DNA of 64,000 nt from Candidatus Woesebacteria bacterium RIFCSPHIGHO2_01_FULL_39_32 (lineage in GTDB: Bacteria; Patescibacteriota; Microgenomatia; UBA8517): contig MGGJ01000004.1 in NCBI GenBank assembly GCA_001792345.1, positions 9,697 to 73,696 of the forward strand. The letters are read 5' to 3'. The position numbers and the translations under genes are program-made. Within the stretch, counting starts at the first letter, position 1, and every line of letters starts with the position of its first letter. This document shows, in pieces, positions 55,619-64,000 of this stretch. Under the pieces are notes generated by a model, which saw only the letters and a list, made by a program, of their open reading frames with translations, ran no database searches and was not told the DNA's origin.

Positions 55619-57910
55619 CTAATACTTCTTTTTGTTTTCGTCAATATAGCGGCTTTTAGGAAAATGGGGGCCACCCCGCCTGCCAGCAGGCATGGCACTA
55701 TCTCGTCTTTCAAACCTAGGTCTTCCTGCATCAAACCGCCTATTTTGATCGTAACCAGTTCTTTTTTCAAACCTTCCCCTAGGTCCTCCTTCGGTTCTTA
55801 CACCCTCTTTTCTTCTTTCTTCCTTACGAGCATCAAAGGCAGGATCCAACATCATAGAAAGGTTTAAACGTCCCAATTCATCGATTTCTTTCACTCTCAC
55901 TTGTACTTTGTCTCCAAGCGAGAGTATGTCTGCCGGATCTTTTACGTAATCTTCACTCATATCAGATACGTGTACTAAACCTTCCTTTCCTGGCAATATT
56001 TCAACAAATGCACCGAAAGGTTGAAGTCTTTTTACCGTACCTTCGTAAATCTCCCCTGCAACTGGAACTTTTGTAATTCCTTCAACCCGCTCCATTCCAG
56101 CTTTGAGTTCATCCGCGCTGGTTGCTGAAACATATACTGTTCCATCTTCGTCTACGTCTATCTGAGCTCCCGTCTCGGCAACTATTTTTCGAATTGTTTT
56201 ACCTCCCGGACCAATAAGCTCTCCTATCTTTTCCGGGTCAATCCTAATAATTTTTATTTTAGGAGCATAGGTTGAAACCGACTCTCTTGGTTTATCAATA
56301 ACCAAAGCCATTACGTCAAGAATTTTTAATCTAGCTTTTTTAGCTTCTGTAAGGGCATTAGACAATATTGGTAGACTAAGACTTAAAGTCTTCACATCGA
56401 GTTGAAGCGCCGTAATACCTTTCTTACTTCCGGCAACCTTAAAATCCATGTCTCCGTTTCCATCCTCCAAGCCTACAATATCGGTAAGAACGGTAAATTT
56501 TTTCTCATTCTCGACTACCAGACCCATAGCGATTCCGGCGATGGGATCAAGAATTGGAACCCCCGCGTCCATCAATGCCAAAGTAGAACCGCATACCGAT
56601 GCCATGCTAGTTGAACCATTGGAACTCAAGACCTCGGTTACGACTCGAATTGTGTAGGGAAAATCATTATCCGATGGAATTACAGGAACTAAAGCTCGTT
56701 CTGCTAAAGCTCCGTGTCCTATCTCACGGCGACTAGGAAATCCTACCCTGCCTGTTTCTCCGGTTGAAAAGGGTGGCATTGCATAGTGGTGAATATAGCT
56801 TTTCGTTTCCTCACCTGTTGCGCTTTCTAAAAATTGTTCAAGAGAGGGGGCTCCAAGAGTTGCAATGGTGAGGGCTTGGGTTTGTCCTCTTTGAAAAATT
56901 GCAGAGCCATGAGTACGGGGAAGTACTCCAACTTTGGCAGAAAGTGGCCGAATTTCATCGGTTTTTCTACCGTCAGGGCGTTTTCCTGATAGTATCAAAT
57001 TTCGAATTTCATCTTTGAAAAGCTCTTCAAAAATTTTCCCGGCTAATGATTTTTCTTCTTCGGAGAAGGACGAAGCAACCGCTTTCTTTGTTTCGTCATA
57101 AACTGAATATCCAGACTCTTTTGTCGCCATTTGAGAGATTAAATTTTTAACTGTATCTTTCGTAAGTTCCTTTACTTTCTTCTGAAGGTCTTTATTTACT
57201 TTCTCTTTCTCGAGACTTACCTTTTGGGGTTTAACCGCATCAACCAGATCGTTAATAAGATTAATTACTTTCGTGCACTCCTTTTGTGCATACTCAATTC
57301 CGGATAGCATTGTATCTTCGGTAACTTGTTTTGCACCGGATTCTATCATTACGATTGCATCTTTCGTTGTCGAAACAATAAGATCCATGTCTGAAGTTTC
57401 GAGTTCGGATTCTAATGGGTTTGTTATGTTTTTCCCCTCTTTTAAGCCCACCCTCAAAGTACCTACGGGTCCGTTCCATGGAATTCTGGATATCGATATT
57501 GCGGCAGAGGTTGCTATTGCCGCTACAATGTCAGGAATATTTTCCATATCAACCGATAAAACTGTGAGTATTACTTGAACTTCTTCTTTTGAGTATTCTT
57601 TTGGAAAAAGGGGTCGAATGGCTCGATCTATAAGACGTGCCGAGAGTATTTCTTCGTCCGTTGGTCTTCCTTCGCGTTTTACCCATCGGCTGCCTTTAAT
57701 CCTTCCACCGGCATAAAGTTTCTCTTGGTATTCCACAGAGAGAGGAAAATATCCTAAATCGGCTGCCATCGGCTGAGCGGTGACAGTAGCCAAAACCACA
57801 GTTTCCCCATAGGTAGCAAGAACCGCACCGTCTGCTTGGGCTGCCAAGTCCCCTGTCGAAAGAACCAGTTTTCTTCCTCCTAATTCTATTGATTTTTCGA
57901 TTTTCTTCAT
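55619..57910 (-). CDS. pnp: Polyribonucleotide nucleotidyltransferase (PNPase), with an Arg/Gly-rich C-terminal tail.
   Basis: Two RNase-PH domains, a KH domain and an S1 domain (GEIYEGTVKRLQPFGAFVEILPGKEGLVHVSDM). The tail is ...GGPRGRFEKRTGYDQNRRFDAGRPRFERRDS. Confidence 0.95.
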   Translation of the reverse strand: MKKIEKSIELGGRKLVLSTGDLAAQADGAVLATYGETVVLATVTAQPMAADLGYFPLSVEYQEKLYAGGRIKGSRWVKREGRPTDEEILSARLIDRAIRPLFPKEYSKEEVQVILTVLSVDMENIPDIVAAIATSAAISISRIPWNGPVGTLRVGLKEGKNITNPLESELETSDMDLIVSTTKDAIVMIESGAKQVTEDTMLSGIEYAQKECTKVINLINDLVDAVKPQKVSLEKEKVNKDLQKKVKELTKDTVKNLISQMATKESGYSVYDETKKAVASSFSEEEKSLAGKIFEELFKDEIRNLILSGKRPDGRKTDEIRPLSAKVGVLPRTHGSAIFQRGQTQALTIATLGAPSLEQFLESATGEETKSYIHHYAMPPFSTGETGRVGFPSRREIGHGALAERALVPVIPSDNDFPYTIRVVTEVLSSNGSTSMASVCGSTLALMDAGVPILDPIAGIAMGLVVENEKKFTVLTDIVGLEDGNGDMDFKVAGSKKGITALQLDVKTLSLSLPILSNALTEAKKARLKILDVMALVIDKPRESVSTYAPKIKIIRIDPEKIGELIGPGGKTIRKIVAETGAQIDVDEDGTVYVSATSADELKAGMERVEGITKVPVAGEIYEGTVKRLQPFGAFVEILPGKEGLVHVSDMSEDYVKDPADILSLGDKVQVRVKEIDELGRLNLSMMLDPAFDARKEERRKEGVRTEGGPRGRFEKRTGYDQNRRFDAGRPRFERRDSAMPAGRRGGPHFPKSRYIDENKKKY

Positions 57911-57943
57911 TTTTTAGATTGAAGGTGTTTTCGCGTCTTGTAG

Positions 57944-58213
57944 TTACTTTTCTAATTTTAGCTCTTTAGCGAGCGTATTAAATCTAGCCTCATCTCTACT
58001 CTTTAGATAATTAAGAAGTCTCCTTCTTTTTGCAACCATGGATAGTAATCCTCGCCTTGAATGAACGTCTTTTTTGTGTTCTTTAAGATGTGCCGCAAGC
58101 TTATCAATTTGTGCCGTAAGAAGCGCAATTTGAACCTCCGGGGAACCGGTATCACCCTTCTCTCTCGCATACTTCTCTATAATGGATTGCTTTTCTTCTT
58201 TTGCTAATGCCAT
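57944..58213 (-). CDS. rpsO: 30S ribosomal protein S15.
   Basis: [70 protein letters not shown]. Confidence 0.95.
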   Translation of the reverse strand: MALAKEEKQSIIEKYAREKGDTGSPEVQIALLTAQIDKLAAHLKEHKKDVHSRRGLLSMVAKRRRLLNYLKSRDEARFNTLAKELKLEK

Positions 58214-58324
58214 ATGTCATGTAGAACTAAGTAGGTCTTGGGTTGCTACGGACAAACCTAGTAATACATCTCGTGAATAATAACACAGATAAACAAAAAG
58301 TTCAAAAGGGTAAAATTTTAAATC

Positions 58325-59296
58325 TCAACTAATTGAGGTACCTTTGTATATCTTTGGTGATAGCCAATCTTTTGGCGGTTCCTCGGGTTCATCGGACTCT
58401 TCGGGTTGTTCCGAAGGAGCGGCTTTTTCACTTTCAACTTGCTGTGTTACCAAGCTAGGTTTTGTTTGTGCCGCTTGAAATTGAGAAATTTGAGGAGCTT
58501 GAGGTTGCATAAATGGTTGCGGTCTCACTATTTGGCCAGGAATTGCTCCAGGTGGAAAATCGGTTGGCCTTGCAGATACTTGGGAGGAAGACCGTTTGCC
58601 TCCGGATCGCATCAGGTCGGCAACAATTGCAAAGGTATCAGCCGTAACCGTCGGATCAGTAAAGTTATTACTTCCCTCCTCTATCCCCATTAAAAGATTT
58701 GTTGCTATGTCCACCTCAAACTTCATACCACTTTCTTTAATCAAACTGGCTACAACTTCTGAAACAGAAGAGGCAGGTCTAGAGAAAGAAACAAAGCTCT
58801 TATTTGAAGACAAGGAAATATCCCTTGTTCCAATATGTAGGATGTTCGCACCCGCTAACTCTTTTGTAGAAATTGCAGGAAAGTGTGCCTCATTCGCGCC
58901 CCCTATGATGATTACTGTATCAGCTGAAATACCTGAATAGGAAAGTTCCACCTGCTCCTTTGTAGGAGGTGATACTTTCTGTTTGGGAATAACGGTAAGT
59001 CTAAACTGACTATTTTCAATGTCATATGACACTCTTTCGATATCACTAGCACGGTAGTCGGTAAAGCGTATTACCAAATTCTTGTTTCCCAGCTCCTGTG
59101 AAATTCTATTGACCCCAATGAGACGGTTGAATTCGACTGTTATTTGGGAAGGTGTGGAAATCTGAATGTCTTTCTGTTCTCTTAAGGCCAGATATAAAGA
59201 AAGTCCAGCAGCAACTTGATCAAAATACGGTTTTGTCGGAAGAAGAATCAAAATGGATTTTGATCCGTCGATAATATTTTTGAATGAATTTTCCAT
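58325..59296 (-). CDS. DHH/DHHA1-family (NrnA-like) protein with degenerate catalytic motifs (likely a pseudoenzyme) and a P/Q-rich C-terminal tail.
   Basis: Motif I PTKPYFDQVAAGLSLYLAL (compare H.NPDGDALGSALALYLAL) has lost its first Asp. Motif III reads TDYR instead of DHH. The DHHA1 GGGH is replaced by SGGK. Confidence 0.5.
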   Translation of the reverse strand: MENSFKNIIDGSKSILILLPTKPYFDQVAAGLSLYLALREQKDIQISTPSQITVEFNRLIGVNRISQELGNKNLVIRFTDYRASDIERVSYDIENSQFRLTVIPKQKVSPPTKEQVELSYSGISADTVIIIGGANEAHFPAISTKELAGANILHIGTRDISLSSNKSFVSFSRPASSVSEVVASLIKESGMKFEVDIATNLLMGIEEGSNNFTDPTVTADTFAIVADLMRSGGKRSSSQVSARPTDFPPGAIPGQIVRPQPFMQPQAPQISQFQAAQTKPSLVTQQVESEKAAPSEQPEESDEPEEPPKDWLSPKIYKGTSIS

Positions 59297-59301
59297 TCTT
59301 A

Positions 59302-60720
59302 TTATTTTCGCACCGATAGTATAACATCTCCAATCTTGAAATCAAGCTGAGGCGAAAAAATAATTCCACATTCTTCTCCTTGTTTGGCTTCAACGATATC
59401 CTCCCGACCCTTTTTTAAAGAAATTACGGACATTTCTCCGATTTTTTTATCCCCTCTCGTCAAAATAAGAGCGTCCTTTTTTGTAATTTTCCCTTGAATT
59501 ATTTTGCATCCTGCGATTTTTTTCGCATTATATGGAAATTCTGCTAAAACCTCTGCTCGTCCCAAAATTTCAACTTTCCCCTTTTCAATAATCTCCTCCA
59601 ACCTTTCAAAAAGTTCATATATAATAGTAAAACTCTCAATACTAATTCCTTCTGTTTCTGCCAATTTTCGGACTTGATGGGGCGTTTTCGACTCGAACGT
59701 AAATATAAGTGCATTAGAGGATTTTGCCAAAAAAATATCAGACTCGGTAACATCTCCGACTCCTGAAGCCAAAACGACAATTTTTCCAGGGAGATTAGAA
59801 ATAACTGCCTCTAAAGTTCCTGCATTTTGAGCTTTTATAACTATTGGAATTTGTCCCTCCTCTACAGATATGCCCACACTTTTCTTCTGCATAGAAATGG
59901 TGGGTAGAATTTCTTTCTGATCAACTCCCCAAATCCTGCTACCAACCGGAGGAACATTTTTAAAACCGAGTACAAGAGCAGGTTCACCTGGTCCGACGCT
60001 CTGTACTGGCTTTTCGTTCCAATCAAAAAGTCCTCTGACTCGAATCCTTTCGATTTCTGAAACAATCTCGCATCCTACTTCTAATTGTCCATTTCTAACT
60101 ACGCAAGTTGCGGTTGGACCCCTATTGTCCTTTCCGGTCTCAACAATAAGTGCTTCTAGGGAACCTTCAGGGTCTCCCTTAATATCATTTAGTTCAGAAA
60201 CTAAAGTGATCATTTCAAGTAGTTCTTGTACACCTTTTCCTGTTTTTCCCGAAACTCCCAGTAACGGGACATCTCCACCCCTTCCTTCAAAAAGGACTCC
60301 TTCTTTTTCCAGTTGAGATCGTACTGTCTCGAGGTTTGCTGTAGGTAAATCAATTTTGGTTGCGGCAACTATAAAGGGAATTTTAGCTTCTAGTATATAT
60401 TCCAGTGCTTCTTTTGTTTGGGGTTTTACTCCATCACCCGCTGCTACTACAAGAATTGCTATGTCTGATAGTTTGGCTCCTCTTGCGCGCATATTAGAAA
60501 ATGCGGCATGACCAGGAGTATCAATAAAGGTAATTTGCTTTCCTTCCTTTGTGCTAACTTCTGAAGCACCAATACTTTGTGTAATTCCGCCTGCCTCCTT
60601 CGCGGCTACATTTGTACTTCGGACATTATCAAGAAGCGTTGTTTTTCCATGATCAACATGTCCCAAAATAACTACGATGGGCGGACGTGTTGCTCCTGAA
60701 GATGAAATTTTCTTTTCCAT
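59302..60720 (-). CDS. infB: Translation initiation factor IF-2, minimal form (G domain + II + C1 + C2, no N-terminal region).
   Basis: [20 protein letters not shown]...DTPGHAAF...KIDL; total length 472 aa. Confidence 0.95.
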   Translation of the reverse strand: MEKKISSSGATRPPIVVILGHVDHGKTTLLDNVRSTNVAAKEAGGITQSIGASEVSTKEGKQITFIDTPGHAAFSNMRARGAKLSDIAILVVAAGDGVKPQTKEALEYILEAKIPFIVAATKIDLPTANLETVRSQLEKEGVLFEGRGGDVPLLGVSGKTGKGVQELLEMITLVSELNDIKGDPEGSLEALIVETGKDNRGPTATCVVRNGQLEVGCEIVSEIERIRVRGLFDWNEKPVQSVGPGEPALVLGFKNVPPVGSRIWGVDQKEILPTISMQKKSVGISVEEGQIPIVIKAQNAGTLEAVISNLPGKIVVLASGVGDVTESDIFLAKSSNALIFTFESKTPHQVRKLAETEGISIESFTIIYELFERLEEIIEKGKVEILGRAEVLAEFPYNAKKIAGCKIIQGKITKKDALILTRGDKKIGEMSVISLKKGREDIVEAKQGEECGIIFSPQLDFKIGDVILSVRK

Positions 60721-60754
60721 AAACTTTAACCTTTCTGATTATTTTTTCCATGTA

Positions 60755-61918
60755 TCACTCAGCTAGGTCTTTCTTGTCTTCGCTCTTTTTGTTGGTATCA
60801 TCTACTACTGTTTGAATTGCTTTAGAACTATCATCGCTAACTATTTCTTTCTTTTCCACCTTTTCCAGTTCACTTGCCGGCTCAATTTCTTTTTCTTCCT
60901 TGTCCACCGTAGTCTTGGCGTCGGTGGATTTCCCCTTCGGAGTGGGAGCCTCCTTAATTTCTATTTTCCATCCAGTAAGTTTTGCGGCAAGACGAGCATT
61001 TTGCCCATCTTTACCAATCGCTAACGACAATTGATCCTCTGGAGCCTTCACAATTGCGATTTTAGTTTTCTCATCTAATTTCACACTCAAGTTTTCTGCC
61101 GGGGAGAGTGCAGCTTTAATTAAACTTGCTAAATCATCTGTGTATTGAATAATATCTACTCTCTCTCCTCCTAACTCATTGGTAACTGCTTGGACACGAA
61201 CTCCTTTTTGTCCAACACAGCTTCCGACCGGATCGACTCCACTTTGATTTGAAGAAACCGCCATTTTTGTTCGCACTCCTGCTTCACGTGAGATGGCTTT
61301 AACTTCAACACTTCCCGAGGACATCTCAGGAACTTCCCTTTCAAAAAGTTTTTTTACAAATTCAGTATCTCCTCGGGAAAGAATCAATTGTTTTCCCTTC
61401 AAAGTTTCTCTGATATCCTTGAAAAGGAAGGTTAGACGTTGATTTGGATTTAACCTCTCATTAGGAACTCGCTCTTCCTTGGGCATAATGCCTTCTGTTC
61501 TACCCAAGTCAACGCGTACATCCGGTCCATCAAAGCGCAATATCATTCCGGAAATCAATGCACCAATTCGACCCGAATATTCATCCATGATGGCGCCTTT
61601 TTCTGCTTCACGAATTTTTTGATGGATAACCTGTTTTGCGGTTTGGGCGGCGATTCGGCCAAATCCTGGAGGGGTTACATCCTTTCTTTCCTTCGGTTTC
61701 TCAAGTGGCCATGCAAAGACTTTTGCTTCTCCGTTTGTTGGATTCAGTTCTACATCGAAATCCATTTCTTCTACCTCAACGCCTGCTTCTCTTGCGTCAC
61801 GTTTATAAGCAGCAATAATTGCTTGCTTTATTGTGTCCAAAATAACATCAGCCTCCAACCCTCTTTCGGAGGCTATTGCTCTTAAAGCTTGCGCAAATTC
61901 GGTTCTAGGTGTTTGCAT
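60755..61918 (-). CDS. nusA: Transcription termination/antitermination factor NusA.
   Basis: N-terminal domain, then S1 and KH1/KH2 (...VGSCVGQKGVRVQAV...IGKDGQNARLAAKLTGWKIEI), plus a K/E-rich tail. Confidence 0.95.
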   Translation of the reverse strand: MQTPRTEFAQALRAIASERGLEADVILDTIKQAIIAAYKRDAREAGVEVEEMDFDVELNPTNGEAKVFAWPLEKPKERKDVTPPGFGRIAAQTAKQVIHQKIREAEKGAIMDEYSGRIGALISGMILRFDGPDVRVDLGRTEGIMPKEERVPNERLNPNQRLTFLFKDIRETLKGKQLILSRGDTEFVKKLFEREVPEMSSGSVEVKAISREAGVRTKMAVSSNQSGVDPVGSCVGQKGVRVQAVTNELGGERVDIIQYTDDLASLIKAALSPAENLSVKLDEKTKIAIVKAPEDQLSLAIGKDGQNARLAAKLTGWKIEIKEAPTPKGKSTDAKTTVDKEEKEIEPASELEKVEKKEIVSDDSSKAIQTVVDDTNKKSEDKKDLAE

Positions 61919-62013
61919 ACCTTATTTTAAAAAAAATGGCGGGCAATAATTCCCACCACATCTTCCTGACTTAATCTAAATCAGATTTTACTCCGAAATC
62001 GATCTCTAGTCAA

Positions 62014-62913
62014 TTAAAGACCTTCTTCTTGAAGACTTTCAATGATGTTTTTCTGATCTCGAGAGAGCCTTTCGGGAACAGCGACTGCAATTCGAACATA
62101 CTCATCTCCTCGACCGCGACCACGTAAATGTAGTGCCCCTTTGCCACGAAGCCGCATCATTGTACCCGATTGAGTTCCCGGTCGAACTCTAATTTTTACT
62201 TCTCCGTCAACAGTTGGTATTTCGATTTGACCACCGAGAGAAGCTAAAGAAAAGGGTATCGAAACTCTGACGTAAATATCAGCACCGTCTCTTTCAAAGA
62301 CTTCGTGTGGACGAATGTTCACGGAAAGCATAAAATCTCCAAAATTTATTCGGGAACCCTCATCAACCCCGGGTGGGATTTTTATCTTTCTTCTCTTCCC
62401 CTCAATTTCAACCTCTTTTTCAACTCCTTTAATTGCATCCATAAAATCAATTGTTAATGAATATCGAGGAACTTGTCTTACTCTGCCGAAAGGGGAACCT
62501 CCACCAAAAAAGCTTTCAAAAATATCAAAAGGATCACCAAAATCATAACCTGAAAAAGGAGATCCGCCCTCCCCTCCACTTGTCGTGTAAGTATAGGTAA
62601 ATGGTCCCCAGCGCCCCTGTTGAGCTCCTCTCGGAAAACCACCCATACCTCCGAAGCCGCTAGCAGCTCCACCACCCGGTGAAAAGGCAGAATGACCAAA
62701 TTGATCGTAAGCCGATTTTTTTTGAGGATCAGACAAAATCTGATACGCCTCGTTTATTTCCTTAAAGCGCTTTTCAGCTGCTTCCTTATCTCCTCCTTGA
62801 TGCTTATCCGGATGCCACTCCAAAGCTTGCTTTCTATAAGCTTTCTTAATTTCATCTGCCGAAGCGCCTTTTGAAACTCCTAAAATATCGTAATAGTCAG
62901 ACTTAGCAGCCAT
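62014..62913 (-). CDS. dnaJ: DnaJ-class chaperone, type II (J domain + G/F region + C-terminal domains, no Cys-rich zinc finger).
   Basis: [33 protein letters not shown]...G/F-rich...client-binding CTD I and II. Confidence 0.85.
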   Translation of the reverse strand: MAAKSDYYDILGVSKGASADEIKKAYRKQALEWHPDKHQGGDKEAAEKRFKEINEAYQILSDPQKKSAYDQFGHSAFSPGGGAASGFGGMGGFPRGAQQGRWGPFTYTYTTSGGEGGSPFSGYDFGDPFDIFESFFGGGSPFGRVRQVPRYSLTIDFMDAIKGVEKEVEIEGKRRKIKIPPGVDEGSRINFGDFMLSVNIRPHEVFERDGADIYVRVSIPFSLASLGGQIEIPTVDGEVKIRVRPGTQSGTMMRLRGKGALHLRGRGRGDEYVRIAVAVPERLSRDQKNIIESLQEEGL

Positions 62914-62920
62914 AGTAGTT

Positions 62921-63237
62921 ACAATGCTAAATTATAAATGATAAATGACCAATTACCCATTCTTTTTAGCATTGATGATAATTTTACTAATAATTGCAAT
63001 TATTTCGTTATTTTCCTCCAAAACTGGTAAAAATTCTTTTTTCTTACTTTTATTATGGTCTGAAATTAAAGAAAGCCAATAGGTTTCTTTATTACTTGTT
63101 TAGCGAGAACCAAATTTTCGGGAGTCGTTGAGATAAGTTTTGTAACTCGAAGAACTTTTAATACAAATTTGTAAATTCTGCCATAAATATCTTTTCTATT
63201 TTTCTCCATTTAGCATTTATCATTGGTCAATTAGCAT
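62921..63237. promoter_or_regulatory. 326-bp AT-rich dnaK-dnaJ spacer bounded by related ~30-bp elements carrying TTAGCAT / ATGCTAA motifs (4 copies). Possibly a chaperone-operon operator or a MITE-like remnant.
   Basis: ATGCTAA at 62924-62930; TTAGCAT at 62966-62972, 63210-63216 and 63231-63237. The sub-motifs atgataaat/atttatcat and tgaccaat/attggtca occur in inverted orientation at the two ends. Confidence 0.3.
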
Positions 63238-63239
63238 TC

Positions 63240-64000
63240 CTATTCAACTACTTCTCCCTCTTCAACTTTCTCTTCCCCATTGCCTTTTTTCTTATCTTCA
63301 GCTTTTTTCTCTTCCTCTTTAGGTTCTTCACTTTGTGCTTTGCCCTCTGCACTTTGTCCTGCAGCTTGCTGCGAACCATACATTGCTTGTCCTATTTGAC
63401 TCAAGGTTTCCGATAAATCTTTTGTGGCTGACTCGATTTCCTCTTTTCCTGCATCTTCTTTTGCCAAAATATTTTTGACTCCTTTAATTTTCTCTTCAAC
63501 TTTAGTTTTTACATCAGCCGGAGCTTTATCGCCTGCATCTTTGAGTGCTTTTTCTGCTGCGGCAACCATTGCATCTGCCTGATTTCTGGCTTGAATTTTT
63601 TCCGCTTTTTTCTGATCTTCTTCTTTATGATGTTCTGCCTCATCCTGCATTCTTTTGACTTCATCGTCGGATAGTCCGATTGCGCCTGTTATTTTTATAT
63701 TTTGGGTTTTGCCCGTTGCTTTATCTTTAGCGGTAACTGTTAATATTCCAGAAGCGTCGAGGTCAAATGTAACTTCTACTTGCGGAACTCCGCGAGGTGC
63801 TGGGGGAATTCCATCTAAAATAAATCTACCTAATGATTTATTGTCAGAGGCCATTGGACGCTCTCCTTGAGTAACATGGATTTCAACTTGTGTCTGGTTA
63901 TCCGCTGCTGTTGAAAAAATTTCAGTTTTGCTAGTCGGAATAGTAGTATTACGGGGAATCATCGGTGTTGCAACACTTCCCAAAGTTTCAATCGCCAAGG
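63240..64000 (-). CDS. dnaK: Chaperone DnaK, C-terminal ~250 aa. The gene continues beyond the window end.
   Basis: Substrate-binding domain: ...[78 protein letters not shown]..., followed by the lid and an acidic tail. Confidence 0.9.
   Translation of the reverse strand, partial: LAIETLGSVATPMIPRNTTIPTSKTEIFSTAADNQTQVEIHVTQGERPMASDNKSLGRFILDGIPPAPRGVPQVEVTFDLDASGILTVTAKDKATGKTQNIKITGAIGLSDDEVKRMQDEAEHHKEEDQKKAEKIQARNQADAMVAAAEKALKDAGDKAPADVKTKVEEKIKGVKNILAKEDAGKEEIESATKDLSETLSQIGQAMYGSQQAAGQSAEGKAQSEEPKEEEKKAEDKKKGNGEEKVEEGEVVE

Noticed and set aside
62914-63239. Canonical CIRCE (TTAGCACTC-N9-GAGTGCTAA) upstream of dnaJ
   Set aside because: Only TTAGCAT half-site-like motifs are present, with the wrong spacing for CIRCE. 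It is reported as a finding with low confidence rather than annotated as CIRCE.
1-64000. tRNA, rRNA, tmRNA, RNase P RNA and CRISPR arrays
   Set aside because: Intergenic regions were scanned by eye for T-loop (GGTTCGAATCC) or its complement, for rRNA-like GC-rich blocks and for regularly spaced direct repeats, and none were found. The only tandem repeats are the short heptamers noted above. This conclusion is limited by manual inspection.

Overview
This window is a low-GC bacterial chromosomal segment with nearly every gene on the minus strand. It is mostly the universal translation and transcription core.

Gene order, 5'->3' on the plus strand:
- Isoprenoid genes: a uppS fragment, a trans-polyprenyl synthase, idi, and an adenylate-kinase paralog fused to a nucleotidyltransferase-fold domain.
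- An ECF sigma factor, a wHTH-Nudix protein and a HAD hydrolase.
- rpsI-rplM, then a contiguous alpha/spc/S10-type block: rplQ-rpoA-rpsD-rpsK-rpsM-rpmJ-infA-map-adk-secY-rplO-rpsE-rplR-rplF-rpsH-rpsN(Z)-rplE-rplX-rplN-rpsQ-rpmC-rplP-rpsC-rplV-rpsS-rplB-rplW-rplD-rplC. No rpmD (L30) lies between rpsE and rplO.
- A 1.5-kb opposite-strand insertion (a frameshifted GNAT acetyltransferase plus a metallophosphoesterase) that separates rplC from rpsJ.
- rpsJ-tuf-fusA-rpsG-rpsL-rpoC-rpoB.
- mltG, a small ORF, ruvX, a sortase, a 761-aa membrane protein and a short alaS.
- A roughly 3.3-kb accessory islet at 41.8-45.1 kb: a hypothetical gene, a frameshifted SUFU-like (immunity-type) gene, a duplicated N-terminal fragment of a downstream HExxH metallopeptidase-like gene, and several small ORFs.
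- A RodZ-like gene, ftsK, a 1134-aa acidic repeat protein, rnj, a family-4 UDG, a HAD-like gene, a Lon-like AAA+ ATPase lacking the protease domain, pnp, rpsO, a catalytically degenerate DHH-like gene, a minimal infB, nusA, a type-II dnaJ, and the 3' end of dnaK.

No rRNA, tRNA or CRISPR array was recognised.

Several features point to a reduced, possibly CPR/Patescibacteria-like, genome. This is inference only:
- rpmD is absent.
- alaS lacks the C-Ala domain, IF2 is minimal, and L2 is N-terminally short.
- Many ribosomal proteins carry Lys-rich or acidic tails.
- rpmJ, rpsN and rplX are zinc-ribbon forms.

The most unusual content is:
- the split S10 operon with what looks like a relocated leader/attenuator upstream of rplC;
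- the kinase-NTase fusion;
- the SUFU/HExxH islet with a gene-fragment duplication and two homopolymer frameshifts;
- the giant repeat protein;
- the sortase + PilM-like membrane protein module inserted into the conserved alaS-ruvX-mltG cluster.
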